Source: Chlamydiota bacterium
GTDB lineage: Bacteria; Chlamydiota; Chlamydiia; Chlamydiales; JAAKFR01
Assembly (NCBI GenBank): GCA_021772465.1
Contig: JAJFLX010000017.1
Location: 134,531-198,530, forward strand
Length of the DNA stretch: 64,000 nt
Direction: 5' to 3'
Part shown: piece after piece, positions 36,227 through 45,751 of the stretch
Layout: each line of letters starts with the position of its first letter
Position numbering within the stretch: position 1 is the first letter of the stretch
Notes under the pieces: generated by a model
What the model was told of the DNA's origin: nothing
Database searches by the model: none
Seen by the model: the letters and a program-made list of their open reading frames with translations, nothing else
Position numbers and translations under genes: made by a program

Positions 36227-37615
36227 GTGAATTTCATCCTAAATCTATTCAAGCCAGCCCAGCATATTACCCCGATTGAAGATCCCCAGAAGGTTAAGAA
36301 AGAGTATCGTTACTGGCGCTACCGCATCTTCTATGGGATGTTTCTAGGCTACATTTTCTTCTACTTTACCCGCAAAAGTTTCACTTTTGCCATGCCCGCC
36401 ATGATGGCGACCCTTGGCGTATCAAAAGCAGAGCTTGGGATTTTGGGAAGTATTCTCTACATCACCTACGGATTGAGCAAGTTTGCTAGTGGAGTGATGT
36501 CGGATCAGTCCAATCCTCGCTACTTCATGGCAGTCGGTTTGATCATCACAGGCATTGCGACTATTTTGTTCGGCCTCTCCTCCTCACTGATCTTATTTGC
36601 CATTTTCTGGGGGATCAATGGGTGGTTCCAAGGGTGGGGGTGGCCCCCTTGCGCCCGTTTGCTCACCCACTGGTACTCGCAATCGGAGCGGGGTACTTGG
36701 TGGAGTTTTTGGAGCACCTCGCATAATGTGGGAGGCTTTTTGATTCCCATCCTAGCGGGCGCTTGCGCGCAGTGGCTCGGTTGGAGGTATGCGATGTACA
36801 TACCAGGCGGAATCTGTATCTTAATGGGACTATTTCTGATCAACCGTTTGCGTGACACACCCCAATCTCTTGGGCTCCCTCCAATTGAAAAATACCGCAA
36901 CGACTACCCCAATGATCAAGATAAAGGCGATGAAACGGAGAAGGAGCTCACCACAAAAGAGATTCTTTTTGACCACGTCCTGACCAATAAGTGGGTTTGG
37001 ATGCTCGCTTTTGCCTCGTTTTTTGTCTACATCGTCCGCATGGCCATCAATGACTGGAGTGCTCTCTATTTGATTGAGTCGAAAGGGTACTCAGTGATGG
37101 GGGCGAGCGCTGCTGTCTCTCTTTTTGAAATCGGTGGGCTATTTGGTATGCTCGTCGCCGGGTGGCTCTCGGATAAGATTCACTCAGGTAGGCGGGGACC
37201 GATGAATGTCCTTTTTTCCGCTGGGATGCTTGGATCAATCCTTTTGCTTTGGATCTTTCCCGAGGTAACCGCGTGGCTCGATTCGGGGTTTCTTTTTATG
37301 ATCGGATTTTTCCTTTTCGGACCCCAGATGCTCATTGGTTTAGCCGCAGCAGAGCTCTCTCATAAGAAGGCTGCAGGTACAGCAAGTGGTTTCGCGGGAT
37401 GGTTTGCCTATTTTGGTGCAGCTGCAGCGGGGTACCCACTTGGCAAAGTAGCCGATGTGTTTGGATGGTCGGGATTTTTTATGATCGTCACGATATGCAG
37501 CTCAGTCACAGTCCTACTTTTTCTTCCCATGTGGAACGCACAAGCGCAGAAAAAAACAAAGGCCCCCTCTTTGCCACTTGAGAGTGATGAAGAGATAGAG
37601 CCCACGGCCTCGTGA
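36227..37615 (+). CDS. uhpC: Hexose-phosphate transporter, MFS organophosphate:Pi antiporter family
   Basis: YRIFYGMFLGYIFFYFTRKSF, SGVMSDQSNPRYFM, 12 TM segments. Position between hisS and dnaE as in Chlamydia. Confidence 0.88.
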   Translation: MNFILNLFKPAQHITPIEDPQKVKKEYRYWRYRIFYGMFLGYIFFYFTRKSFTFAMPAMMATLGVSKAELGILGSILYITYGLSKFASGVMSDQSNPRYFMAVGLIITGIATILFGLSSSLILFAIFWGINGWFQGWGWPPCARLLTHWYSQSERGTWWSFWSTSHNVGGFLIPILAGACAQWLGWRYAMYIPGGICILMGLFLINRLRDTPQSLGLPPIEKYRNDYPNDQDKGDETEKELTTKEILFDHVLTNKWVWMLAFASFFVYIVRMAINDWSALYLIESKGYSVMGASAAVSLFEIGGLFGMLVAGWLSDKIHSGRRGPMNVLFSAGMLGSILLLWIFPEVTAWLDSGFLFMIGFFLFGPQMLIGLAAAELSHKKAAGTASGFAGWFAYFGAAAAGYPLGKVADVFGWSGFFMIVTICSSVTVLLFLPMWNAQAQKKTKAPSLPLESDEEIEPTAS

Positions 37616-37617
37616 CC

Positions 37618-40600
37618 ATGTGGATTCCTCTCCACCAACACTCACAATTTTCTATTCTAGACGCCTCTTGCAGCGTTCAAGCGATTGCGGCGAAAGCGCG
37701 CGCCATGGGTATGCCAGCGGTTGCTTTGACCGATCATGGCAACATGCACGGGGTCGTCGATTTTTACAAGGCGTGCCGAAAAGAGGGGGTGAAGCCGATC
37801 ATAGGGTGCGAGGTTTACGTCGCTCCCACCTCTCGATTTGAAAAAAAACGGATTGGAAGAAGAACGGCGTTTCATCTCGTCTTACTCGCTAAAAACGAGC
37901 AAGGGTACCGAAATTTATGCCGTCTCACCTCGGCAGGTTACCTCGAAGGTTTTTACTACCATCCACGGGTTGACAGAGAGCTTCTTGAGAGCTGCTCAGA
38001 GGGGTTGATTGCCCTCTCAGCTTGCCTATCAGGCGAGCTTCCTCAAGCGATCTTAGAGGGCTCAGAAGAGAAAATCGAGGAGGTGATCAGCTGGCACCAC
38101 CAGCTCTTTGGAGAGGACTACTACCTCGAGTTGCAACGTCATGAGATGGAGGAGAGCAGAGTAGCGAGTCTCACTGAGACATGGCTTCAGCAGCAATATA
38201 TCGACTTTATCGAAAAGCAAAAGAGAGTGAACGACCGTCTGATTGTAGAAGGGAAAAAAAGAGGGATTGAGTTGGTTGCAACCAATGACACTCACTACCT
38301 CGAGCCAGGTGACTGGAAGGCGCATGAGGTGCTGCTCAACATTCAATCGGGTGAGCCTGTTGAGATCTGGGAGAAAGATAGCTTTGGCAATCCGACGCAG
38401 CGGATTTCTAACCCCAAAAGGCGGGTCTACTCCTCCCATGAGCTCTACTTTAAGTCACCCGAAGAGATGCAAGAGCGTTTCAAAGACCTTCCCAAAGCAC
38501 TTGAAGCTACACAAAAAATTGCAGAAAAGTGCTCCGTTGAGCTCGATTTCGAGACCAAACACTATCCTGTTTTTACTCCTCCCGATCTTCGAGGAAAGCC
38601 GATCACAGATGAGGAGCGCCTTGTAGCGTCCGGCCACTACCTCCGCGCTCTTTGCGAAGAGGCAATCCCAAAACTCTATACTCCCGAGCAGCTCACTCAC
38701 GTGCAGGCAAAATATCCCGATCGAGATCCCATAGAAGTGGTCACTAGCCGTCTTGACTATGAGATGGATCTCATCACCTCCAAGGGGATGAGCGATTATC
38801 TATTGATTGTATGGGACTTCATTAACTGGGCCAAAAAAGAGGGGATTCCTGTAGGGCCCGGTCGAGGGTCAGGGGCAGGCTCCATTATCCTCTACTTGAT
38901 CGGGGTGACGACCATAGAGCCACTCCGCTTTGATCTCTTCTTCGAGCGGTTCATCAACCCCGAGCGTATCTCGTATCCTGATATCGATGTCGACATCTGC
39001 ATGGATGGTCGAGGACGTGTGATCGATTATACTGTCGAGTCCTACGGAAAAGACAATGTCGCACAGATCATCACATTTGGAACGATGAAAGCGCGGATGA
39101 CCATCAAGGATGTGGGAAGAGCTCTTTCAGTTCCCCTCTCGAAGGTGAACCAGATTGCAAAATATGTGCCCGAAGAGCTGAATATGACACTCGAGCGGGC
39201 TCTCGACATCGACCCAGATCTCAACCGGATGTACCTTGAAGATGAGGATGCCAAAAGGATCATCGATTTAGGACGAAAACTCGAAGGGTCTATACGCAAC
39301 ACGGGGATTCACGCAGCCGGCTTGATCGTCAGCGGTCAGCCGCTCATCGAGCATATCCCCGTTTGTGTTGCCAAAGACTCTGAGCTCGCAGCGACTCAGT
39401 ACTCGATGAAACCAGTCGAGGCGGTCGGTATGCTGAAAATCGATTTCCTTGGGCTTAAAACACTTACAAGTATTCAGCACGCGTGCAATGCGATTGATGA
39501 CGAGATCGACTGGGTCAATCTTCCTCTCGACGATGAGGCGACTTTCAAGCTCCTTCAGCAAGGGAAAACTTTGGGCGTCTTCCAGATGGAATCGGGTGGG
39601 ATGCAGGATCTTGTACGTCAGCTTCTGCCCGACACTTTTGAAGAGATCATGTCTGTTGTGGCTCTCTATAGGCCGGGGCCTATGGAGATGATTCCCAGCT
39701 TCATCAACCGGAAACACGGCAAAGAGCCCATCGAATACGACCACCCCCTTCTCGAACCTATTCTCAAAGAGACCTATGGGATCATGGTCTACCAAGAGCA
39801 GGTGATGCACATCGCTCAAAAACTTGCTGGATTCTCTCTTGGAGAGGGGGATGTGCTCAGACGCGCGATGGGTAAAAAAGACCATGAGCAGATGCAGCTG
39901 CAGCGAGAGAAATTTCGCACAGGTGCAGAAGCTGGAGGGATCGATCTAGAGGCTGCGGTTGCAATTTTCGACAAGATGGAAAAGTTTGCTTCCTATGGAT
40001 TTAACAAGTCGCATGCCGCCGCCTACGGCTACCTCACCTATGTGACCGCTTATTTTAAAGCCAACTATCCGATGGTGTGGATGGCAGCTTTGATGACCTG
40101 TGATCGTGATGATATCTCGAAGGTGGCTAAATTCATTCGCGAGTGTCAAGCGATGGGGATTGCCATCTTGCCTCCCGATGTCAACGAATCGGGGCTCACT
40201 TTCCGCGCGACGCCGAAAGGGGTACGCTTTGCGATGAATGGGGTGAAAGGGGTAGGTGAGGGCGTTGTGGAAACGATTGTTCTAGAGCGAGAAAAAGGGG
40301 GGGGCTTCACCAGTTTCTACAACTTTTTCAAACGTATTGATCTCAAGAAAGTAGGAAAGAAAGCCATTGAGTGTCTCGTGGGGGCGGGAGCTTTCGATTT
40401 TACCCACTGGTCAAGGGATGCACTTAAAATGAGCATTGAAGAGATGTATGAGGTGGCCTCTAAGGAGCAGAAGGAGGAGGCGAGTGGTGTACTCACTCTC
40501 TTTGAACTGATGGGGGAGAAGACAGAGAGTCGCTACGTCGATCCTCCTGAAGTGAAAAACCCCAGCCCCCAGATTCAAGTGCTCACCCAAGAGAAAGAGC

Positions 40601-41295
40601 TCCTCGGCTTTTTTTTGACAGGGCACCCCATGAACGCCTACCGCCCTTTGCTCAAACGCCTCTCTTGCACGCCCCTTTCAGATCTTGAAAACCTAGATAA
40701 GGGTGGGGTTGTACGCGTCTCGTTCATCATCGAAACCATTCAGGTGCGCATCTCACAACGGACCCAAAAGAAATTTGCTATCTTACAGATAAGTGAGGGG
40801 ATGGAGAGTTATGAACTCCTCATCTGGTCTGAGCTCTTTGAAGAGAAGGGTGCACTTCTCGAAGAGAACCAACTGGTCTACGCCGTCCTTCAAGTGGATA
40901 AAAAAGAAGAGAACTTGCGCCTGCAGTGTCGTTGGCTCGATGACCTGACAAAGGTCGATGAGGCGATGATTTCAGCTTGCGATGAAGCGTACGATCGCGC
41001 TATGGTTCAAGCCAATCGCCCCTTCTATGGGGCTAAAAAGAATAAAGGGACACCCCCTCCCACGATGAAGTCTCAATCCTTGAAAATTGTGGTCGATGCG
41101 AGCTTGGCTAGGCTCTCTCACGTGCTTGCCCTCAAGCAGGTGCTCCTCAGTCATCCTGGGGGACAAAAAGTTGAACTCTCTTTCCAAGAGGGAGGGAGAA
41201 AAGTCGCCACCTTGGCCCTAGATAGGGGGGTGACTCTGAATCAAGAGCTCAAAGAGGCCCTCCAAACATTCGATGCTCTAACGGTTTCCCATTAA
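37618..41295 (+). CDS. dnaE: DNA polymerase III alpha subunit
   Basis: PHP domain MWIPLHQHSQFSILDA, GFNKSHAAAY, 1225 aa. Confidence 0.93.
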   Translation: MWIPLHQHSQFSILDASCSVQAIAAKARAMGMPAVALTDHGNMHGVVDFYKACRKEGVKPIIGCEVYVAPTSRFEKKRIGRRTAFHLVLLAKNEQGYRNLCRLTSAGYLEGFYYHPRVDRELLESCSEGLIALSACLSGELPQAILEGSEEKIEEVISWHHQLFGEDYYLELQRHEMEESRVASLTETWLQQQYIDFIEKQKRVNDRLIVEGKKRGIELVATNDTHYLEPGDWKAHEVLLNIQSGEPVEIWEKDSFGNPTQRISNPKRRVYSSHELYFKSPEEMQERFKDLPKALEATQKIAEKCSVELDFETKHYPVFTPPDLRGKPITDEERLVASGHYLRALCEEAIPKLYTPEQLTHVQAKYPDRDPIEVVTSRLDYEMDLITSKGMSDYLLIVWDFINWAKKEGIPVGPGRGSGAGSIILYLIGVTTIEPLRFDLFFERFINPERISYPDIDVDICMDGRGRVIDYTVESYGKDNVAQIITFGTMKARMTIKDVGRALSVPLSKVNQIAKYVPEELNMTLERALDIDPDLNRMYLEDEDAKRIIDLGRKLEGSIRNTGIHAAGLIVSGQPLIEHIPVCVAKDSELAATQYSMKPVEAVGMLKIDFLGLKTLTSIQHACNAIDDEIDWVNLPLDDEATFKLLQQGKTLGVFQMESGGMQDLVRQLLPDTFEEIMSVVALYRPGPMEMIPSFINRKHGKEPIEYDHPLLEPILKETYGIMVYQEQVMHIAQKLAGFSLGEGDVLRRAMGKKDHEQMQLQREKFRTGAEAGGIDLEAAVAIFDKMEKFASYGFNKSHAAAYGYLTYVTAYFKANYPMVWMAALMTCDRDDISKVAKFIRECQAMGIAILPPDVNESGLTFRATPKGVRFAMNGVKGVGEGVVETIVLEREKGGGFTSFYNFFKRIDLKKVGKKAIECLVGAGAFDFTHWSRDALKMSIEEMYEVASKEQKEEASGVLTLFELMGEKTESRYVDPPEVKNPSPQIQVLTQEKELLGFFLTGHPMNAYRPLLKRLSCTPLSDLENLDKGGVVRVSFIIETIQVRISQRTQKKFAILQISEGMESYELLIWSELFEEKGALLEENQLVYAVLQVDKKEENLRLQCRWLDDLTKVDEAMISACDEAYDRAMVQANRPFYGAKKNKGTPPPTMKSQSLKIVVDASLARLSHVLALKQVLLSHPGGQKVELSFQEGGRKVATLALDRGVTLNQELKEALQTFDALTVSH

Positions 41296-42091
41296 GAGCA
41301 TTGAAAAAAACCGTTCGCGTTGACCCATCGGGGTTTTGCACCCCAATTTTATAGACAGGAAGGTAGACGTGCTCAGTTTTTCGGATCGCAAAATCGCCCC
41401 CAAAAGCGATCTGAGCTAATTTTTTGATCTGCGTTAGCGAGTAGCGGTTTTTCACTTTAAGCGAGTGTTTTGTGGGTTGAGTGACAAGTGCTTGATTGAG
41501 CTTGGTGATCGGTTTGATCTCAAGGCGGGGATCTTCAAAATGGAGGCGGTAGTGGTTGCCGCAAGCAACCACAAGTTTTTTACTGCAGCAGCTACTGAGC
41601 CACCCATCGAGAACTTTTTGTTCCACATTGAAGTCGCTGTAGAGGAAATCGCTGCCGCTACTTCCCCCCTGTTTGATAAGTGATTTAATCACTTTAAAGT
41701 CATTTTTGTCTGCATTCGCAAGAAGGCAATCCTCAAATCCATGTGTCGTCTCCCATGTTTGGGTGTCGACCACCATCTCCCCATCCATCAAACCCCAAAG
41801 CAGCGTCCCTTCTTGAGTACACGTTCGATCTTTTGAGTATTTAATCTCCATCAAAAGGTAGGGATAAAAATAGAGCTGTGGCTCTAAAAAGGCGTAATTA
41901 GAATCTTTGAGAAGAGAGGTTTTGTTCGACTCCATGATCTCATCGGCAAGATGGCGGATCTCTAAAGTTTGAAATCCAGTAGTATTGAGCTTTTCATGGA
42001 CAAATTTTCTAAGCGGTGAGACATTTTCCCAAGCATACCACCCCCCGATGCAAAAGGTTGCTAGAATCGATAATCCCCAAAATAGACGCAC
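41249..42091 (-). CDS. Membrane-anchored hypothetical protein (chlamydia-type conserved hypothetical by position)
   Basis: N-terminal TM MRLFWGLSILATFCIGGWYAW, no recognisable domain. The 3' end overlaps dnaE by 47 nt. Confidence 0.55.
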   Translation of the reverse strand: MRLFWGLSILATFCIGGWYAWENVSPLRKFVHEKLNTTGFQTLEIRHLADEIMESNKTSLLKDSNYAFLEPQLYFYPYLLMEIKYSKDRTCTQEGTLLWGLMDGEMVVDTQTWETTHGFEDCLLANADKNDFKVIKSLIKQGGSSGSDFLYSDFNVEQKVLDGWLSSCCSKKLVVACGNHYRLHFEDPRLEIKPITKLNQALVTQPTKHSLKVKNRYSLTQIKKLAQIAFGGDFAIRKTEHVYLPVYKIGVQNPDGSTRTVFFNALNGKPLEHRMFGGPL

Positions 42092-42225
42092 AATTTCCTC
42101 CTCATTTTTGAAGATAGATTTTTTTTTAGATATACGAGATACTCGCTTTGAACACCATCGAGATTTGACAGGAACTCCTACCTATCTGTATGCTTATGGG
42201 CTAGTATTGCTTAAGTGGGTCTCTC

Positions 42226-43131
42226 TTGAAACGACTAATTCTTTTCACTCTCATCTGTTGGCTTCCTCTCTCATTGATCGGAAAGCCTGAAAGGCTTCCG
42301 CCCCCTTCAGTGCAGGAGGTCTACGACGAGGGTTACCAACTTCTCTATGAGAACGTATGGGACGAGGCCTTGATGCGTTTCGCTTTCGTTGTCTCCCACT
42401 ATGAAGAGTCGCCTTTTTATGCAGATTCTCTCTTCTACTCGGGGCTCTGCTGCTATTTTCGCGGACATTTTGATCTCGCAAACCAGCGATTTGACGACTA
42501 TTTAGGGCTCGATGGGCAGCTCAAACACTTTGAAAAGGTTTTTGAATTTAAATACCAGATTGCCAAGTACTATGAAGAGGGGTGTCGCAAACACCTGATG
42601 GGCAAAGCTAGTCTTCCAAGGTGGAGCTCGGCAAAAGAGGATGCAGTAGCTCTCTATGATGAGATCATTGCAACCCTTCCCGGTCATGATTTAGCTGCGC
42701 AGTCTCTTTTTGCCAAGGCTGAAATGCTCCGTAGACAACACCACTATAAAGAGAGTGTCGAAGCGCTTCAGGTGCTTTCACGTCGCTTTCCCAAGCATAC
42801 CCTTTCTGCAGATAGTTACCTTTTGATTAGTGAGATCTATCATGAACAGAGCCTTCGTGAGGCGCAAAACCCCGATCTTCTCTCTCTTGCCAAGCTCAAT
42901 ATTCAACGTTTTTTAAGTGATTTTCCTGGGGATGAGAGAGTTGAAGATGCCAGGCTTCATCTCGTTGCAATGCAAGAAACCTATGCGGACAGCCTGTATA
43001 GAACAGGCCGTTTTTATGAGCGGAAAAAAAAGCCCCAAGCCTCTCTGATCTACTACAAGGACGCACTTTCTAAATACCCAGAAACTGAGGCTGCCAAGCG
43101 ATGCTCGGAGCGACTCGAAAGGCTTGCCTGA
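42226..43131 (+). CDS. TPR-like repeat protein with signal peptide, BamD/YfiO-like
   Basis: Signal-like N-terminus (TTG start). Repeated Y/A-rich helical-pair pattern (ADSLFYSGLCCYFRGHFDLANQRFDDYL, YQIAKYYEEG, AQSLFAKAEMLRRQHHYKESVEAL). Confidence 0.45.
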   Translation: MKRLILFTLICWLPLSLIGKPERLPPPSVQEVYDEGYQLLYENVWDEALMRFAFVVSHYEESPFYADSLFYSGLCCYFRGHFDLANQRFDDYLGLDGQLKHFEKVFEFKYQIAKYYEEGCRKHLMGKASLPRWSSAKEDAVALYDEIIATLPGHDLAAQSLFAKAEMLRRQHHYKESVEALQVLSRRFPKHTLSADSYLLISEIYHEQSLREAQNPDLLSLAKLNIQRFLSDFPGDERVEDARLHLVAMQETYADSLYRTGRFYERKKKPQASLIYYKDALSKYPETEAAKRCSERLERLA

Positions 43132-43655
43132 CACTTATTCTCCTGTTTCTTCTTACCTCCTGTGGCTATCGATGGGGGCGAGGTGAACTCATTGAGCACT
43201 ACTCATCTGTTTGCATCCCCTATGTTGATGGAGATGAAGAGGGGGTTATGACTGCAGCCCTCATTCGCGCCATGACCACAAGTGGCGCTCTTGCCTACCG
43301 AAGTCGTGGAGCTGATCTGCAGCTTTTGGTCTGTTTGCTCCCCCCAGAAGATGAGAATATTGGTTTTGTTTATGCGCCCGATGACCAAGACATTGTCGTC
43401 TCAAATGAGGCTAGGCTCACCCTCTCCTCATCTGTCCGTCTTGTCGATCGTCGAACTGGATGCCTCATCTTGGGCCCCCTCGAAATCACGAGTTCACTCA
43501 CCTACGACTTTGAGCCAGATCTAACCAATGTCAACGAGAATGCCTTCTCGCTCGGCCAGCTTGAGATGAACAATCCCGCACAGAGAGCCGCATTTCCCTC
43601 TCTCTATACTCTTCTTTCAGAAAAGATCGTAGACTACGTAAATCACTGTTGGTAA
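43101..43655 (+). CDS. Lipoprotein, LptE/RlpB-like
   Basis: Lipobox LLFLLTSCGYRWGRG. The mature N-terminus CGYRW.RG resembles the LptE CG(F/W)xLRG start. 184 aa. Confidence 0.45.
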   Translation: MLGATRKACLTLILLFLLTSCGYRWGRGELIEHYSSVCIPYVDGDEEGVMTAALIRAMTTSGALAYRSRGADLQLLVCLLPPEDENIGFVYAPDDQDIVVSNEARLTLSSSVRLVDRRTGCLILGPLEITSSLTYDFEPDLTNVNENAFSLGQLEMNNPAQRAAFPSLYTLLSEKIVDYVNHCW

Positions 43656-43664
43656 TGTGAGGGC

Positions 43665-44060
43665 ATGGAGTTCCCTGCCACCCTTGAGGCTTTGATTCCC
43701 ATTTTGGATTACATCCGCGGTGAAGTGTTGCACCACGCTCATGATCCCTCGTTGCTCCATAGAATCGAGCTTGCCTGCGAAGAGGTTGTGGTCAATATCA
43801 TCTCTTACGCCTACAAAAATGAAAAGGGGAGCGTCTACATCGAGTGTTCGAAATCGGGCTCGCGATTTGAGATTTTATTTCGTGACCGAGGAGAACCTTT
43901 CGACCCCATTGACGCTGAGATCAACCCTCAACTCGACGAGCCGGTGCATAAGCGGAAGGTCGGGGGGATGGGTCTCTTTTTGGTACGGAAAATCATCGAC
44001 GAGGTGTGCTACCAGCGCGAAGGCGACGAGAACATCCTTCGCTTAAGTTTTAATCTTTGA
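43665..44060 (+). CDS. rsbW: Anti-sigma-factor serine kinase, RsbW-like (GHKL ATPase)
   Basis: N box EEVVVNIISYAY, DRGEPFDP, GGMGLFLVRKIIDE, 131 aa. Confidence 0.8.
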   Translation: MEFPATLEALIPILDYIRGEVLHHAHDPSLLHRIELACEEVVVNIISYAYKNEKGSVYIECSKSGSRFEILFRDRGEPFDPIDAEINPQLDEPVHKRKVGGMGLFLVRKIIDEVCYQREGDENILRLSFNL

Positions 44061-44076
44061 TTAGTGATTTCAAGGC

Positions 44077-44106
44077 AAAAAAAAGGGGGTCTCAAATGAG
44101 ACCCCC
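44077..44106 (-). terminator. Rho-independent terminator for the OMP gene; the hairpin also lies just downstream of convergent rsbW
   Basis: GGGGGTCTC (44085-44093), loop aaat, GAGACCCCC (44098-44106). An A8 run at 44077-44084 gives a U-tract on the minus strand. Confidence 0.8.
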
Positions 44107-44129
44107 ATTCAGTTGACGAGCAGGTTCAA

Positions 44130-45170
44130 TTAGAAGCCAATGCCAACTCGAACGAAGAGACCATCAAAGCCGAGGCTTTGTAGGTGACGGTCAAATGTTA
44201 CATTAGTCACAGTGATCGCTGCTCCGTCATCGTCAATAGACGCCTGATAATCTAAGAAATCAGGCAATCCAAGCCACTGGTGGAACTCGTAACCCACAGC
44301 CAAGTTGACCTGCAAGCAGCAGAGACAATCGAGTGTGAAGTCGTAGCCGAGCCCTAGCTGTACATTCAAAGCACTTGCCATTCTCCAGCAACTATCATCG
44401 AGATTCACGCTTGTAACGAAATCAGCACCAGTTGTTGCCGATTCAAGACGGTACTTCCTTTCGACATCAGCCGCAAGGATGTCTACAGAAGCGCGTCCAA
44501 AGAGCTCAAAGCATCCACAAAGTGTGTAGCTTGCCCCTAGACCGAAATCGATTCCATAGGCGTTGACCATGACATCTTGAATGACTTTGTCAACAAGAGT
44601 GTCAAAAAGGACTGTGTCAGCGTAACGAGTGCCTAGACACTGGTCGATGTGAGCGTATTTGAAGCCTCCAAAAATGCTAGCTTCAAAACAGTCGCATCCA
44701 AGCTCGTAACCTACAAGCAAATCACCTGTTTGGTAGTTGACATCGTAGGTTGAGCGAGCAGCTAAGACAGCTCCTGGTAGCAGCCCAGCATTAGGAGGAA
44801 CATCACGGGTTCCCGCTAAGGTCCCTTCAGCTCTTCTGCTGCTGTTTGTGTCGTAGTAGGTGTAGATCCCCTCTAAGTAGAGGTCATCACAACCCACTCT
44901 ACCGCCAACACGGAAACCGCTGTCGTAATCTGGGCAGATTTCGTAGACGTTTCCAATAGCTTCTTCAGGTGTAGTTGAAGCATCGTAATTGACAGCGAAA
45001 TCGAGATCGGCACGTCGGACGCTCCAGTAGAGCCAATCCGCGTAGATTTCAAAATCGTAACAATCACAGCAATCGTCGTAGCAATTCGAGTACCCGTCGT
45101 AGGCTGTTGCGTTCATCCCAACTAGAGAAGTGCAGGCAGCAGCCAACATGCATAGTTTTTTCAAGTTCAT
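44130..45170 (-). CDS. Cysteine-rich beta-barrel outer membrane protein (MOMP/porin-like)
   Basis: Signal peptide MNLKKLCMLAAACTSLVGMNATA. Alternating beta-strand pattern, aromatic-rich, C-terminal VRVGIGF ending in Phe. About 17 Cys including CYDDCCDCYD and DCLCC. Confidence 0.7.
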   Translation of the reverse strand: MNLKKLCMLAAACTSLVGMNATAYDGYSNCYDDCCDCYDFEIYADWLYWSVRRADLDFAVNYDASTTPEEAIGNVYEICPDYDSGFRVGGRVGCDDLYLEGIYTYYDTNSSRRAEGTLAGTRDVPPNAGLLPGAVLAARSTYDVNYQTGDLLVGYELGCDCFEASIFGGFKYAHIDQCLGTRYADTVLFDTLVDKVIQDVMVNAYGIDFGLGASYTLCGCFELFGRASVDILAADVERKYRLESATTGADFVTSVNLDDSCWRMASALNVQLGLGYDFTLDCLCCLQVNLAVGYEFHQWLGLPDFLDYQASIDDDGAAITVTNVTFDRHLQSLGFDGLFVRVGIGF

Positions 45171-45235
45171 CGTATACAGTCTCCCAAGTAGTTTGACTAG
45201 TTATCCCAAGTGATAGGTGAACCGAAATTTTATTT

Positions 45236-45658
45236 CTACTTTTTTTTCAGGCGAATGAGCTCTTCTTCGTTTTCTTCAATTTGCTCGAGGAATTTTTCAA
45301 GAATCCGAAGGACTAAGCTCGAGTGATTGTAGACACCTTTAGTTGTAAAAACCATCTCCAGATGAGGGGTTTGATTTTCGTTCAAAGCGATAAGAGTGTA
45401 GGTAATAGGTGTCTCATCCACGACTTTAGGCGCTATCCAGACAGAGAATTTTTCGTTGAAGAGCGTCAACCTGTCATCAGATTCGACAACATAGAAATTT
45501 TGTGTGAGTGAGTCATCATGCTCCGAGCCCTCTTGCAAGCTGAGCAGATTGAGCTCTTGAAGAAGGGAGAGGTCGACATCGACGATGCCATCGGGTAAAT
45601 GTGTCGGCAAATTTTCCATGTAGGTGTGATAAGCTGCTTCAAGAGCAATTGGATCCAT
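45236..45658 (-). CDS. Small acidic hypothetical protein (140 aa)
   Basis: Clean ORF with about 26 D/E against about 10 K/R by hand count. No recognisable domain. Confidence 0.55.
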   Translation of the reverse strand: MDPIALEAAYHTYMENLPTHLPDGIVDVDLSLLQELNLLSLQEGSEHDDSLTQNFYVVESDDRLTLFNEKFSVWIAPKVVDETPITYTLIALNENQTPHLEMVFTTKGVYNHSSLVLRILEKFLEQIEENEEELIRLKKK

Positions 45659-45751
45659 AATAACTCCCCCTAAGGTCTATTTTACCTCCGAAAATGGGGT
45701 CGCGTCAAATGAAATTGTAGGAAAGAGGGCCGCCCTGGTATAGTCCGGGTC

